64,000 bases of DNA from Candidatus Eiseniibacteriota bacterium (GCA_044222065.1 JBGAOA010000004.1:36363-100362), one strand, 5' to 3'; counted from the first letter of the stretch, positions 28,585-38,990 are shown. Program-made: numbers and translations. Notes: generated from the letters alone by a model not told the origin.

Positions 28585-29091
28585 CTAGCGCGTGAGCGCG
28601 GCGACGGCGATCGGCGCGACGCGGACGCGCGCCTTCACGACGCGGTCGCTCTTCGCTTCGAGCGCGGGGATGGACCAGCGCAGCCAGCGGTACTCGGAGG
28701 CAGGAACCTCTCGGACCGCGGTGCGCCCGTCGGCGAGCCGCACCTTGCGCTTGAGCGGCACGGCCTCGAACGTCTTGCCGTCGAGGCTCGCGAGCACCGG
28801 CGCGGGCGAAGCCGAGCCGGCGAGGTACTCCATGCCCTGCGGCACCGGAAGGGTGGCCGCGAGCTGGCGCACGCGCGCGCCGCTCGAGTTCGTGTACGTC
28901 GCGCGGTATTCGAGGACGTCGCCCGGATGGGCCTGGTCCCCGGGGACGAGCGTCTCCTTGCCGTTCGCGTTCGTCTGCACCCGGTGCGCCGTGAGCTGCA
29001 CCGAGACGTCGCCCTCGGCCCACGCCGCCGAAGCGAACGTGACGAGCGCGAGCAGCGCGACCGCGAGGCAGCGCTTCATCGACTGATGCAT
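28585..29091 (-). CDS. Small secreted single DUF11-like domain protein (putative chaperone)
   Basis: AAGGAG RBS. Signal peptide ending AWA. PGDVLEYRATYTN...LPVPQGMEYLAGS...LRW...ARVRV. Confidence 0.85.
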   Translation of the reverse strand: MHQSMKRCLAVALLALVTFASAAWAEGDVSVQLTAHRVQTNANGKETLVPGDQAHPGDVLEYRATYTNSSGARVRQLAATLPVPQGMEYLAGSASPAPVLASLDGKTFEAVPLKRKVRLADGRTAVREVPASEYRWLRWSIPALEAKSDRVVKARVRVAPIAVAALTR

Positions 29092-29241
29092 CGCCGTCTC
29101 CTTCCCTGGTTTCCTCACCACCGTGGAGCGCTGGAGCGGAGTGCTCCCACACGATCCACAAAGCACGCTCCCGCCCGGCAAAGCCGGAGCGGCCACCGCG
29201 GGTGCCTGCCAGCACCGCGAGGGAGTGCCTGCCGCGGGAAG

Positions 29242-29269
29242 AGATCGGACCCCGAACCGGAAGACTTGA
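29242..29269 (-). promoter_or_regulatory. Putative sigma28-type promoter of the DUF11 operon
   Basis: TCAAG-N15-TCCGATCT on the minus strand, about 150 nt upstream of the first gene. Confidence 0.4.
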
Positions 29270-29424
29270 GCGGGAAGTTGCAAGTTGCAGCGGCAAGTTC
29301 TTCTTTCGCGCGGCACGTCCTGCCGCTGCGCCGAATGCCCCGCTGCGTTTCGAAGCGGCGCCGGAGGGCGCGCCGCGCGCGGCGGCTTCGCCGCGGCGGG
29401 ACGCGCGGCTACGATGCCGGCCCC

Positions 29425-31479
29425 ATGACGCGACGCGATCGGGATCGGAAGGCGGCGGCGCCCGCTCGGCGACCGCGCCACGCGCAGCCGCGCGGGCGCT
29501 GGCTCACGCGCGAGCGCGCGTGGATGCTCGCGCTGGTCGCGGCCGCGTTCCTCGTGCGGCTGCCCGGGATCGGGGCCGGCCTGCCGGCGATCTACGAGGA
29601 GGCCTATCCCTACAAGCGCGCGTGGATGATGTGGGGTTTCGATCGCGGCGGCGGCTTCGATCCGAACCCGCACTTCTTCCGCTACCCGAGCCTCGTCCTT
29701 TACCTGCAGCTCGCGGGGCAGGCGCTCACGCGCGCGTGGCTCGACCTGACGGGCGCCGCGCGCTCGGTCCTGGAGCTGCAGGCGCTCGCGATCGCCGATC
29801 CGACGCCGTTCGTGCTCGTGGGCCGCGGGCTCATCGCGCTCGCGGGGGCGCTGGCCGCGTGGACGACGTGGCGCGCGGCGCGCGCGGCGAAGCTCGGTGC
29901 GGGCGCGTGGGTCGCGGGCGTCGTCGTGGCGATGAACGCGGCGCTGATCGCGAAGTCGAAGCTCATCGAGGTGGACGTGCCGCTCGCGCTGTTCGTCGCG
30001 TGGGCGCTCGAACGCGCGATCGCGCTGCGCGAATCGCGCACGATCCGGAACGCCGCGCTCGCGGGCGTCGCCGTGGGGCTCGCGACCTCGGCGAAGTACA
30101 CGGGGGCGGCGGCGTTCCTCGCGCCGCTGCTCGCGTGCTTCGTTCCGCGCCGCGCGGCCGCCGACGGCGCGCGACGCCGGGACCTCGCCCCGCTCGCGGC
30201 GCTCGGCGTCGCGCTCCTGGCCGCCGCGCTCGCGTTCGCGCTCACGTCGCCTTACGTGCTGCTCGATGCGAAGTCCGCGCTCGCCGACCTCGCGGCCGAG
30301 CGCCAGCACCAGCAGTTGGGGCACTTCGGCGATGCGGGCAACGCGGCGCTCTACTTCGTGCGCTCCTGGTTCACCGACGTGGCCGGCTGGCCGCTCGCCC
30401 TCGCGGCGCTCGCGGGGCTGCTCCTCGCCGCGTCACGCGCGATCGGCAACTGGGCGTGGGTCGCCTTCGGCGTGCCGGTCGGGTTCGTCGCGGCGCTCTC
30501 GAGCACGCGCGTCGAGGCGGACCGTTACCTGCTGCCGCTCGTGCCGGTCGCCGCCGTGTACTCCGGCGCGCTCGTGGACGCGCTGCTCGGCACGCCGCGG
30601 CTCGCGGCGCTCGCGCCGCGCTCGCGCGTCCTGCTCGCGGCCGCGTGTGCGGCCGTGCTCGCCGCGCCGTCCGTGCCCGCGCTCGCGAAGAGCCTCGCGG
30701 GCCGCGGGACCGATCCGCGTACCGAGGCGAAGCGCTGGATCGAATCACACGTGCCGTCGGGTTCGATGATCGTGAGCGAGGCGTACGGACCGCCGCTCGT
30801 CGGCGCGGTGGACCTGATCGAGTACGACGAGTCGCTGCGGCGCGCGCTCGTCGCGAAGGGCTACGGCCGGCTCGTCTACGCGCGCCAGACGCTGCCTTCG
30901 TTCCAGGTGCTGCCGCGGCGCTCGGCGCGCTTCTACGACGCGCGACTGTGGCGCGACGCCGACGCGTTCGTCGTCACCGAGTCCGTACGCTCGCGCTATG
31001 CCGCCGAGCCCGATTCGTTCGGGCCGCAGCTCGCGTTCTACGACACGATCGCCGCGCGCTTCCCCGTGAAGCAGGAGTTCCGCGCGCCCGACGGCTCGCT
31101 CGTGCTCACGCTCCACTGGCACGGACGCGCGGACGACCGCTTCGCCGACCGCGAGCCCGCAGGTCCGGACTCGACGCTGCTCGCGCTCGGGAACGCGACG
31201 GGCGGCGAGGCGTACACGTGCTTCACGTGGGGCGCGAACTACGAGGCGTTCCGCAAGTGGGCGGCCGCCTCGCGCGCCTACCAGATGTGCCTGCGCTATC
31301 CCGCCACGCCCGAGCGCTACCACACGCAGTCGGTCGTGCGGCTCGCGAGCCTGCTCCTGAAGGCGGGACGCCCGGGCGATGCGGCGGGGTTCCTCGACGA
31401 GGTGATCGCGCGGCCCGTGGACGAGGGCGAGGCGGCCGCGCTCGCGCGGATGCGCGCGCAGATCGCGGCGCCGCGCTGA
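29425..31479 (+). CDS. GT-C fold membrane glycosyltransferase (PMT/ArnT-like) with C-terminal TPR-like helices
   Basis: Multiple TM segments. YEE acidic loop motif, PHFFRYPSL, GLATSAKY, RYLLPLVP. Confidence 0.8.
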   Translation: MTRRDRDRKAAAPARRPRHAQPRGRWLTRERAWMLALVAAAFLVRLPGIGAGLPAIYEEAYPYKRAWMMWGFDRGGGFDPNPHFFRYPSLVLYLQLAGQALTRAWLDLTGAARSVLELQALAIADPTPFVLVGRGLIALAGALAAWTTWRAARAAKLGAGAWVAGVVVAMNAALIAKSKLIEVDVPLALFVAWALERAIALRESRTIRNAALAGVAVGLATSAKYTGAAAFLAPLLACFVPRRAAADGARRRDLAPLAALGVALLAAALAFALTSPYVLLDAKSALADLAAERQHQQLGHFGDAGNAALYFVRSWFTDVAGWPLALAALAGLLLAASRAIGNWAWVAFGVPVGFVAALSSTRVEADRYLLPLVPVAAVYSGALVDALLGTPRLAALAPRSRVLLAAACAAVLAAPSVPALAKSLAGRGTDPRTEAKRWIESHVPSGSMIVSEAYGPPLVGAVDLIEYDESLRRALVAKGYGRLVYARQTLPSFQVLPRRSARFYDARLWRDADAFVVTESVRSRYAAEPDSFGPQLAFYDTIAARFPVKQEFRAPDGSLVLTLHWHGRADDRFADREPAGPDSTLLALGNATGGEAYTCFTWGANYEAFRKWAAASRAYQMCLRYPATPERYHTQSVVRLASLLLKAGRPGDAAGFLDEVIARPVDEGEAAALARMRAQIAAPR

Positions 31480-31572
31480 TCCGGCGGCGGCGCGCCGTGG
31501 CGCACGACGTCTGCGCCTCGCGCCGCATCGCGTGCGGCGCGCGTGCCGCTCCGTGTGCCGCCCGGGCCGCGC

Positions 31573-32202
31573 TTACGCCGCTCGGCGCGCCGCGACCTCG
31601 ACGACTTCGCGCCGCGAGATGCCGCGGCCCTTGAGCCACGCGACGTACTCGGCGTACGCCTCTTCGAGATCGCGCACGGCGTTCTCGACGCGCGCGGGGC
31701 GCTGGCCCGTGATGCGGCGCTCGCGCCGCGCCGCCTCGGCGATGACGCTCGGCGAGACGCCCGGCAGGTTCACGACGCGCGCGTTCTCGCGCGGCTGGAT
31801 GCCTGTCGGGCCCTTCGTCGTGTGCGTGACCGAGCCGCCGTCGTCGTAGCGGCTCCACGCCTCGTAGAACACGCCCGCGACCGGATGGTCGTAGACGGAC
31901 GCGTAGAGGCCGTTCGCCGAGTCCGCGAGCAGCTGGATGCCCATGCCGTGGAGTTCCGGGATGCGGAACGTGCCGGCCGACACGAACCCCGCGCTTTCGA
32001 ACTCGCGCGCGATCGCGGCGACGGGCGCGGCGTTGTCGAGCGTCGTGGCGTCGGCGGGCTCGAGGTGGATGCGGTCCGCGGTGCGCGCGAGCGCGGCGTC
32101 GCCGATCGCGCGGCTGAAGAGCGCGGCGAGCACGAGGCGCGGAAGCGGCGTGAAGAACAGCACGATCACGAGCGCGATGGCGACGAGCAGGACGGCGTTC
32201 AT
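31573..32202 (-). CDS. Hypothetical membrane-anchored protein
   Basis: MNAVLLVAIALVIVLFF N-terminal hydrophobic segment followed by a globular domain. Confidence 0.7.
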   Translation of the reverse strand: MNAVLLVAIALVIVLFFTPLPRLVLAALFSRAIGDAALARTADRIHLEPADATTLDNAAPVAAIAREFESAGFVSAGTFRIPELHGMGIQLLADSANGLYASVYDHPVAGVFYEAWSRYDDGGSVTHTTKGPTGIQPRENARVVNLPGVSPSVIAEAARRERRITGQRPARVENAVRDLEEAYAEYVAWLKGRGISRREVVEVAARRAA

Positions 32203-32264
32203 GGCGGGCCCCCGGAGTGGTCGGCGAGGTTCGCTCCGGTATCGGCCATCCGGCCGGTGCGGCT

Positions 32265-33537
32265 TCAGCGCGGAGTGGCGGCGAGCGCCTCGATCGCGTC
32301 GGCCGCCGCCTCGGCGCCGCGCCGGCCCGGATCGCGGCGCTCGCGCGCGCGGCGCTCGCCGCCGCCTCGGGCGAGCCGAAGCAGGGCGCGCAACGCGGCC
32401 TCGGCCCGTGCCGCGTTCCAGCGCGGGCGAGGCACCACGCGCGCGAGGCCGAGGGCTCCGCGCGCGCGGCGTTGTCCGGCTGGTCGTGCGAGTAGGGGAC
32501 GACGAGCATCGGGCGCCTGAGCGCAGCGCCTCGGCCGTCGTGCCCATGCCGCCCTGGTGCACGATCGCCGCCGCGCGCGGGAACAGCGCCGCGTAGCTCG
32601 CCCACTCGGCGACGTGCACGTCGCCGCCCGCGGGGACGCGGACGCCCGTGTCGCGCCCGACGAGCAGCAGCGCGCGGCGCCCGAGCGCGCGCGCCGCCGC
32701 GAGTCCGTCGTCGTAAAACGCGCCCGCCGCGTGGACCGCGCTGCTCCCGAGCGTGAACACGACGGGCGGCTCGCCCGCGGCGAGGAACGCCTCGATCGCC
32801 GACGTGAGTGCTGCGGGTGCGCCGCCGTCGTAGAACGGGAAACCCGTTGCGAGCGAGGGCCGAGGCCAGTCGGGCTGCGGCGGACCGAAGACGGGCGAGA
32901 ACAGCGCGAGATGGAGGTGCGGCGAGAAGCCGCCTTCAAACAGCGGGTGCGCGCGGTCCGCGAGGCCGAGACGACGGCGCAGCGCGCGAATCGGCGCGAT
33001 CCAGCGCGCCGTCGAGAGCCGGCCGAGCGCGTGGAGCAGGCGCTGCGGGTGCGGCGCGAACCGTCGCAGCGCGGCGAACGACTCGCTGCCGGGATAGAGG
33101 CTCGGGTCGGTCTCGGAGAACATCGAGAGCGGCGCGAGGGCCGCCGAGGCCCACGGCCGTCGCGCGATCTCGGCCGCGGCGACGGCGCCGAAGGCGAGCG
33201 GATGCGTGAGCAGCGCGTCGTGCGCGCGGGCGAGCGACAGCGTCTCGTCGAAGGCGCGCTCGACGAACGGCACGAACAGTTCGGTGACGACGCGTTCCGA
33301 GCCGCGCGGTCCGTCCATGTAGCGGTGCATGTCGGCGCGTCCGCTCGAGAACAGGTCCACGAAGTCCGGACCGATGGAGCCGAACGCGAGTCCGGCGCGC
33401 GCGACGTCGGCTGCGAAGTGCGGGTGCGTCGCGACCGTGACCGCGTGCCCGCGCGCGACGAGCGAGCGCCCGATCGCGAGATAGGGGTGCAGGTCGCCGT
33501 GCGAGCCGAAGGTCGTGAGGAGGAGGCGGTGGGGCAT
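32265..33537 (-). CDS. GT1/GT28-family (UDP-glycosyltransferase/rhamnosyltransferase-like) glycosyltransferase; C-terminal frameshifts
   Basis: GSHGDLHPY, FTLGS, HQGGMGTT. PYSHDQPDNA continues in another frame near 32515. Confidence 0.85.
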
Positions 33538-33693
33538 CGAGAACCAGCGCAGCGGGGAGAACGGTTTGGTGGCGCGGCGCTCAAGCTCGCATCGGGGCCG
33601 TGGTCGCCGCGCGCATTCGCGCCGACCCCGGGGACGAAGCGAGCTTCGTCCCCGGGGCGGGCACGGCGCGACTCGGTGGCGTTCGTTCCGGGA

Positions 33694-33909
33694 TCAGCGC
33701 TTCGGGAACATGTAGAGCCCGCCGACGGCGAAGAACAGGCTCGCGAACATCGCTCCGAGAATCCGATCCCTATCGCTCATTCGACTCGAGCTGAACAGGG
33801 CCGGGACGAGAGTCATCGTCATCAGCGGAACGTAGGTGTCGCGAGTGATTCCCCACCAGATCAATGCGAGGAGCACGGCGGCGGCGAGTGCCTTCAAGAA
33901 CGGTCTCAT
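33694..33909 (-). CDS. Small hydrophobic membrane protein
   Basis: 71 aa with 2-3 hydrophobic segments. GAAGG RBS-like site. Lower-GC region. Confidence 0.55.
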   Translation of the reverse strand: MRPFLKALAAAVLLALIWWGITRDTYVPLMTMTLVPALFSSSRMSDRDRILGAMFASLFFAVGGLYMFPKR

Positions 33910-33969
33910 GTCAGTGCCTTCGATATTGAGCACGGAGATCGGCGGCGCGAGGCAAGTTGTCGTCCCCCG

Positions 33970-34605
33970 CTACTTCGCCGATCTGCGCTCCCCGAGCCGC
34001 GAGATCTTCACGATGCAACTGTCTCCTGACTGCTTCCAGGTGAGCCGCCAGCGTTGCGGCTTGCCGGGCGTGACCAGCGTCGAAGTCGTGTCGCGGCGCG
34101 CGCGGATCCCTATCCCCTCCGCCCTGAGGGACAGCGTTACGGCGCCTGCGTTGATCGGAACGAGCCGCAGTTCGCAACCACCCTGCTCGATCAGGCTCTG
34201 CGATCCTCCGGCGCGGTAGTTCATGTCGTTGCCAATCGAGAAGGAGTGCCAAGTCGGCGGCGGGCTTGACGCGGCGTAGATCGAGTCCTGCCGCTGCGCC
34301 TCCTCCCATGCCGCCACGTCGGCGCTATCGGAGTCTTCCGGGCGGGGGTTGGGAATGCCATCCTCCCAGCCGGATTGACCGATGCATCCATTGATCTGTT
34401 CGATCGCTCCTTCGCGCGTCCACCCCGACCGCCGCCCATCTCGGTCGATGAGCACGGCCTCGACCGCCCAGCCATGAACGCTCACGTTGACCCGGGTGAA
34501 CTTCGTCGGCGTGGTCGTCGACACGCTGCCGATCGACGCACACGCCGCGGCGCCAAGGAGCCCAAGAACCATCATCCACGCCCCAACGCGAGTCTTCAGC
34601 GACAT
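33970..34605 (-). CDS. Hypothetical lipoprotein
   Basis: GAGG RBS. LGLLGAAA-C lipobox. Starts 8 nt after the upstream stop. Confidence 0.7.
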   Translation of the reverse strand: MSLKTRVGAWMMVLGLLGAAACASIGSVSTTTPTKFTRVNVSVHGWAVEAVLIDRDGRRSGWTREGAIEQINGCIGQSGWEDGIPNPRPEDSDSADVAAWEEAQRQDSIYAASSPPPTWHSFSIGNDMNYRAGGSQSLIEQGGCELRLVPINAGAVTLSLRAEGIGIRARRDTTSTLVTPGKPQRWRLTWKQSGDSCIVKISRLGERRSAK

Positions 34606-34613
34606 GCCACACC

Positions 34614-36975
34614 TCACCGGAGGATGACGAACCGCACGACTTCCGAGCCACTTCGCAACCGCGCCAGGTACACGCCGGCCCGGTGTGACCCTTCGCGCCA
34701 GTCCCAACGCACCACCCGATCCCCGGGCGCCACCTGTGCCACGCCCACCCGCCTCCCGCCCGGGTCGAACACCACGATCGCGTCCCCGGCGCCCGCCGGC
34801 GCGGCGAGCACGAACTCCACCGGACCGGTCGCTGGATTGCGGCGCACTGCGAGGCGGATGCGATGCGCTGGCGTGACCGGGGGCTCGACGCCGAGCGGGC
34901 CGAGGTAGCTCACCGCGACCGTCCGCGCCGCTGCCGAGTAGTGGAGATCGTAGGCGGCGCCCACCGGCACCACCGCCGTGTCCCCGGCCGCGTCGGTCGA
35001 GAACACCCCGGCATCGTCGTGGGCCGAGACGTTCAGCGCATGACCCGCGTCCGCGTAGACGCGCAGCAGGTAGTGCCCGTCCAGCGCCTCCGCAACGTCC
35101 AGATCGTAGCCTGTCTGCCGGTCCTCCCAGTCGTCGCCGTCGTCGTGCTCCGAGCCCACATCCATGACCCAGGCGTCGGGGATCTCCGTAATGTCCTCGT
35201 CTGTGCCGGCGTCGCGCAGCAGGCGCCGACCCAGCGGATCCACGAGCTCCACCCGCCGCGTCCCGTTCGTGAGCACCGACAGGCTTGGCGTGCCGGTGCC
35301 GGCCACGGCGGTGGCCCCCGACGGCTCAGGTCCGGGTGCCGGCTCGACCCAGCGCGCCAGGCGAAACCGGTTGTCGTAGTTGGCGAGCTTGCCAGTGATT
35401 CTCCGGGACTCGATCAGCCGCGTGAAGTTCCGAGGGTCGTAGGGGTCCTTGATTGAGTAAGTCCCCCGCGCCGAGCCGTCCGGCCGGAACGATGGCATCC
35501 AGCCGTCGGCGACCACGAAGTGGCCGTGGCTGGCGAGGTTGAGCTGCACGGGGATGTTCCTCACCAGCAGGCTATCGACGTGAGCCGCCAGCCCCGGCGA
35601 GTCAACGACCTGCTTGCTTACAAGGCGCGGGCTCTGCGGCAGCCTTCCGGTAGATCATTCTCCAGTACACGCGCCCCCTGTCACCCTCGACCACCGGCGT
35701 CGTTGGATTGTGCCGTGACGGGACCAGCACCGCCAAACGGAGGGACGTGTCCCTGACCACGAAAGTCGCCAGCGGATTGACGTAGTTGCCGCGCTCGACG
35801 AGGAAGCGGTCCCCGACCTTGAGCCGAGTGTCGTCCTCGGTGTAGGGCCGATACCGGACCGTGTCCCCGGTCGGGGACACCCACTTGACGATGCACACCT
35901 CTGACGCCTTGTACCCCTTACTCCGCTGCAGGTGCGCGTTGAGGCTGTCCACCGTGCAAGGGAACCCTGCGTACGTGTAGCACATCGCCATCGACGCCAC
36001 CTGACACGCCGTCCCGTCCGTGAGCCGTCGCGTGCCCACCGGCTGGCTGCCGAACAGGTAGCCGCCGTGGTCCGTGCCCGTGACCTGCGATATCCGCTCG
36101 AGCGTGTCCCCCTGCGCGTTCTTGACCTTGAACTGCGGCCACAACACGAGCCCGCTGACGAGTCCGGTCGCGCTCGTGATGTGCGTGCTGTCGAATGCCG
36201 TCGTGTGCGAGGCGAACGTCACGCTTTGCAGCGCCGCGTCGCGCAGCGTGTCGGGGATGCTGAAGGTCTGGACGTCGCTGAAGACGTTGCCGACCCCGCC
36301 GTTGCTCGCCTGTGCGCAGAGTGGGAAGACGCCGGCTGTCGCGGGTTGCGCGACGAAGAAGGGATCTCCAGGCACGACCTGGTCCGACCAGTTGCGGACG
36401 CGGTACCAGAGGTCGAACGGATAGCCACCGCCTGAACTGACGTCGTAAAGGGTTCCCGTTCCCCACGTCCTTCCATCGCCGAAGGTGAATGAGGCCGTGA
36501 GCACCGCGAAGCCTGCATCCTCTCCATCGGTCCAGTCGTTGGCCGTGACGATCGCGCCGACGCGGTTGGCGAAGGTCTTTGGCGGCAGCGTGTAGGTCAC
36601 CGAGCCGTTGAGGCCGATGGAGACGCCCTGCGACCGAGTGCTCCTGATGAGAATGCTGTCGGTGCCGCCGATGGCGCGGACGAGCAGCCCGTCGAGGAAG
36701 GTCGGCCATGTGGTGTGTCCGCCGGCGGCGTAGCCGGTGCCTCCGCTCGGGGACAACAAGGGAACCTGCTTGAAGGCCGACGCGGCGTTCGACGGCGTCG
36801 CGGCGAACGTCGGGCGCGCTTGGCCGCACAATCCGATCGCCCCGACGACGATGATCGCGATGGCTCGATGAGTGAAGGGCCGCGGCGTGCGAAGGCGGCG
36901 AGGATCGGGACTGCCGTCAGCGGCATTCGAAGTTGAGCGTTCGCGAGAGCGAGAAGGAGCGTTGGAGGGAATCAT
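34614..36975 (-). CDS. Secreted C39-like cysteine peptidase-domain protein with FlgD-Ig/T9SS-like C-terminus; one frameshift near 35640
   Basis: ACQVASMAM (Cys) lies in the upstream frame. GHFVV and IKDP (His, Asp) lie in the downstream frame, which is open back through SPRLVSKQVVDSPG. C-terminus FDPGGRRV...AGVYLARL. Confidence 0.65.
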
Positions 36976-37136
36976 CGAGGGCCTCCAGGAGAGAGGGGTG
37001 AGGCCGGTGGCGCGCGTCCGACGCTCGAACGCGACGCGGTGACTCCTGGTCGCGCGAGCGCAAGGGTCAGACGGAATGCGGGTGATGTCGAATGCGATTC
37101 GAGGCATCCGCAAACCCGACGGAAGTTCCTTCCGAG

Positions 37137-38990
37137 TCAGTGCAGCGGCGTTCGATCCGCGGCGGGCGGCGCCTGCAAGTCGTCCGCCGCCTGTCCCGTG
37201 ATCGCGACGCGCAGCGAGTCCGCGGGGGGCAGCGCGTCCGGCGCGAGCCAGCCCTTCGCGATCATCGCGCGCCCGATGAAGTGCATCTGCGCGCGCTCGA
37301 ACGGGCGCAGCGCGCCGTCCGCGTCGAGCCGGTACGTCCACTTGTTCGGCGACGGGATCACGGTGGTGAGGAACAGCGCCTGCTCGATCGTGAGGCGTTC
37401 GGGTGTCGTGCCGAAGTAGTACGCGGCCGCTTCGCCCGCGCCGTGGATGCCCGGGCCCCACTCGATGATGTTGAGATAGATCTCGAGCAGCCGCTCCTTC
37501 GTCACGCCGGTCAGGTGCTCGAGCACCCACGCGAGCACGACCTCCTGACCCTTGCGCGACAGCGTGCGTTCGTGGCCGAGGTACAGGTTGCGCGCGAGCT
37601 GCATCGTCACCGTGCCGGCGCCGCGCGCGTAGGCGCCCTGCCGCAGGTTGTGCGCGATCGCGAGTCGCACGGCCTCGGTGTTGAACCCGCGGTGGCGGAA
37701 GAAGCCGCCGTCCTCGTTCGCGAGCACGGCGTGCACGAGGTTCGAGTCGATCGCGGCGAGCGGACGGTAGTAGGGATTCGAGCCGTCGAGGACGCGCGTC
37801 ACGACGTAGTGGCGCGGCAGGTGGATCCGCGCTTCGAACGGTTCGTCGAGCGTGGCGAGCCGGAGCTGCGTGCGCGCGCCGTCGAGCTGGAGACCGTGCG
37901 GCACGACGCGGGTGTTGAAGGTCGCCGAGTCGGGCTCGGCAAGATTCACGGCCGCCTCGAGCGCGTAGTCCCACGTGCCCGTCACGCCGACCTCGAGCAG
38001 GGGGCCGAGCACGGCGCTCGGCAGGCTCGACTTGAAGCGCCGCTCGTCGAGTCCGTCCGCGGCGAGCCGGAAGCGGAACGCCGGGCCGTCGCGGCGGACC
38101 TCGCCCGAAAGCGCCCAGCGCATCTCGCCGACGTGGAAGTGCGTCGAGTCGGCGAGCCGCACGACACCCGCGCGCCGGTCCTGGTGGAGCGCGCCTTCGA
38201 GGCCGAGCCGCAACGTGTCGGTGCGCGCGGCGTCGAGCGCGGGCAGTGTGACGCGGCCGCGGGCCGTGAGCCGGTCGTCGTGCGTCCACTCGAGGCGGCC
38301 GTCGAAGCCGAGCGGCTGCTCGCCGTCGTAGCGGCCGTTCGCGGTCAGCGTCACGGCGTCCGCGGCCGGCTCGAAGAGGAGCTGGTGGAGGAGCAGCTTC
38401 CGCGGCGGCGTCGCGAGCGCGCCGCGGCGCGGCGACGACTCGGAGTCGGGCGCGAAGGCGACCTCGAGGTTCGTGATCCGCACCGACGGCATCGCGCGCG
38501 CGGGAAGCAGCATCGTGTGCACGAGGGATTCCGCCGCGCGGCGCACCTTCGGCGCCGCGGGGCCCGACTCACGCCGGCCTGCGGGCCGCTCGTTCGCCTC
38601 GCCGAGCGGGTCCTCGTCGGATCGGCGCCGCGCCGCCACGACGATGCGCGCGTCGTAGAGCTCGACCTCGGAGGGCTCGATCCGCCCGGCGAAGAGCGGC
38701 AGCAGCTTCACGCCGACCGACAGCTGATTCACCGTGACGAGCGGTTCGCCGCCCGCGAGCGGCGTGGCCGCGAGCGCGCGCACATACACTTCGCCGTCGA
38801 GGCCGAAGCGAAGCGCGCTCCACGAGACCGCGAGTCCGCGCTCGGCGGCGCGTTCGCGCAGGACGCGTGTGGCGAGCGCGGGAACGAGCGCGTTCGCGAC
38901 GACGAGGAACACGAGGAACGCGCCGAACACCGCGGCCGCGGCCCACAACAGCCGCCGCGCCGTGCGATCGCGTTCGGCCGCGCCGCTCAT
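37137..38990 (-). CDS. Monofunctional peptidoglycan transglycosylase (GT51) with extended N-terminal region
   Basis: NEDGGFFRHRG, GAGTVTMQLARN, RKGQE, YLNIIEWG. N-terminal TM anchor. Confidence 0.88.
   Translation of the reverse strand: MSGAAERDRTARRLLWAAAAVFGAFLVFLVVANALVPALATRVLRERAAERGLAVSWSALRFGLDGEVYVRALAATPLAGGEPLVTVNQLSVGVKLLPLFAGRIEPSEVELYDARIVVAARRRSDEDPLGEANERPAGRRESGPAAPKVRRAAESLVHTMLLPARAMPSVRITNLEVAFAPDSESSPRRGALATPPRKLLLHQLLFEPAADAVTLTANGRYDGEQPLGFDGRLEWTHDDRLTARGRVTLPALDAARTDTLRLGLEGALHQDRRAGVVRLADSTHFHVGEMRWALSGEVRRDGPAFRFRLAADGLDERRFKSSLPSAVLGPLLEVGVTGTWDYALEAAVNLAEPDSATFNTRVVPHGLQLDGARTQLRLATLDEPFEARIHLPRHYVVTRVLDGSNPYYRPLAAIDSNLVHAVLANEDGGFFRHRGFNTEAVRLAIAHNLRQGAYARGAGTVTMQLARNLYLGHERTLSRKGQEVVLAWVLEHLTGVTKERLLEIYLNIIEWGPGIHGAGEAAAYYFGTTPERLTIEQALFLTTVIPSPNKWTYRLDADGALRPFERAQMHFIGRAMIAKGWLAPDALPPADSLRVAITGQAADDLQAPPAADRTPLH

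Noticed and set aside
29092..29340. c-di-GMP riboswitch upstream of the DUF11 operon
   Set aside because: No GGCAAAC...GAAA...GACGCAAAGC pattern on the coding strand.
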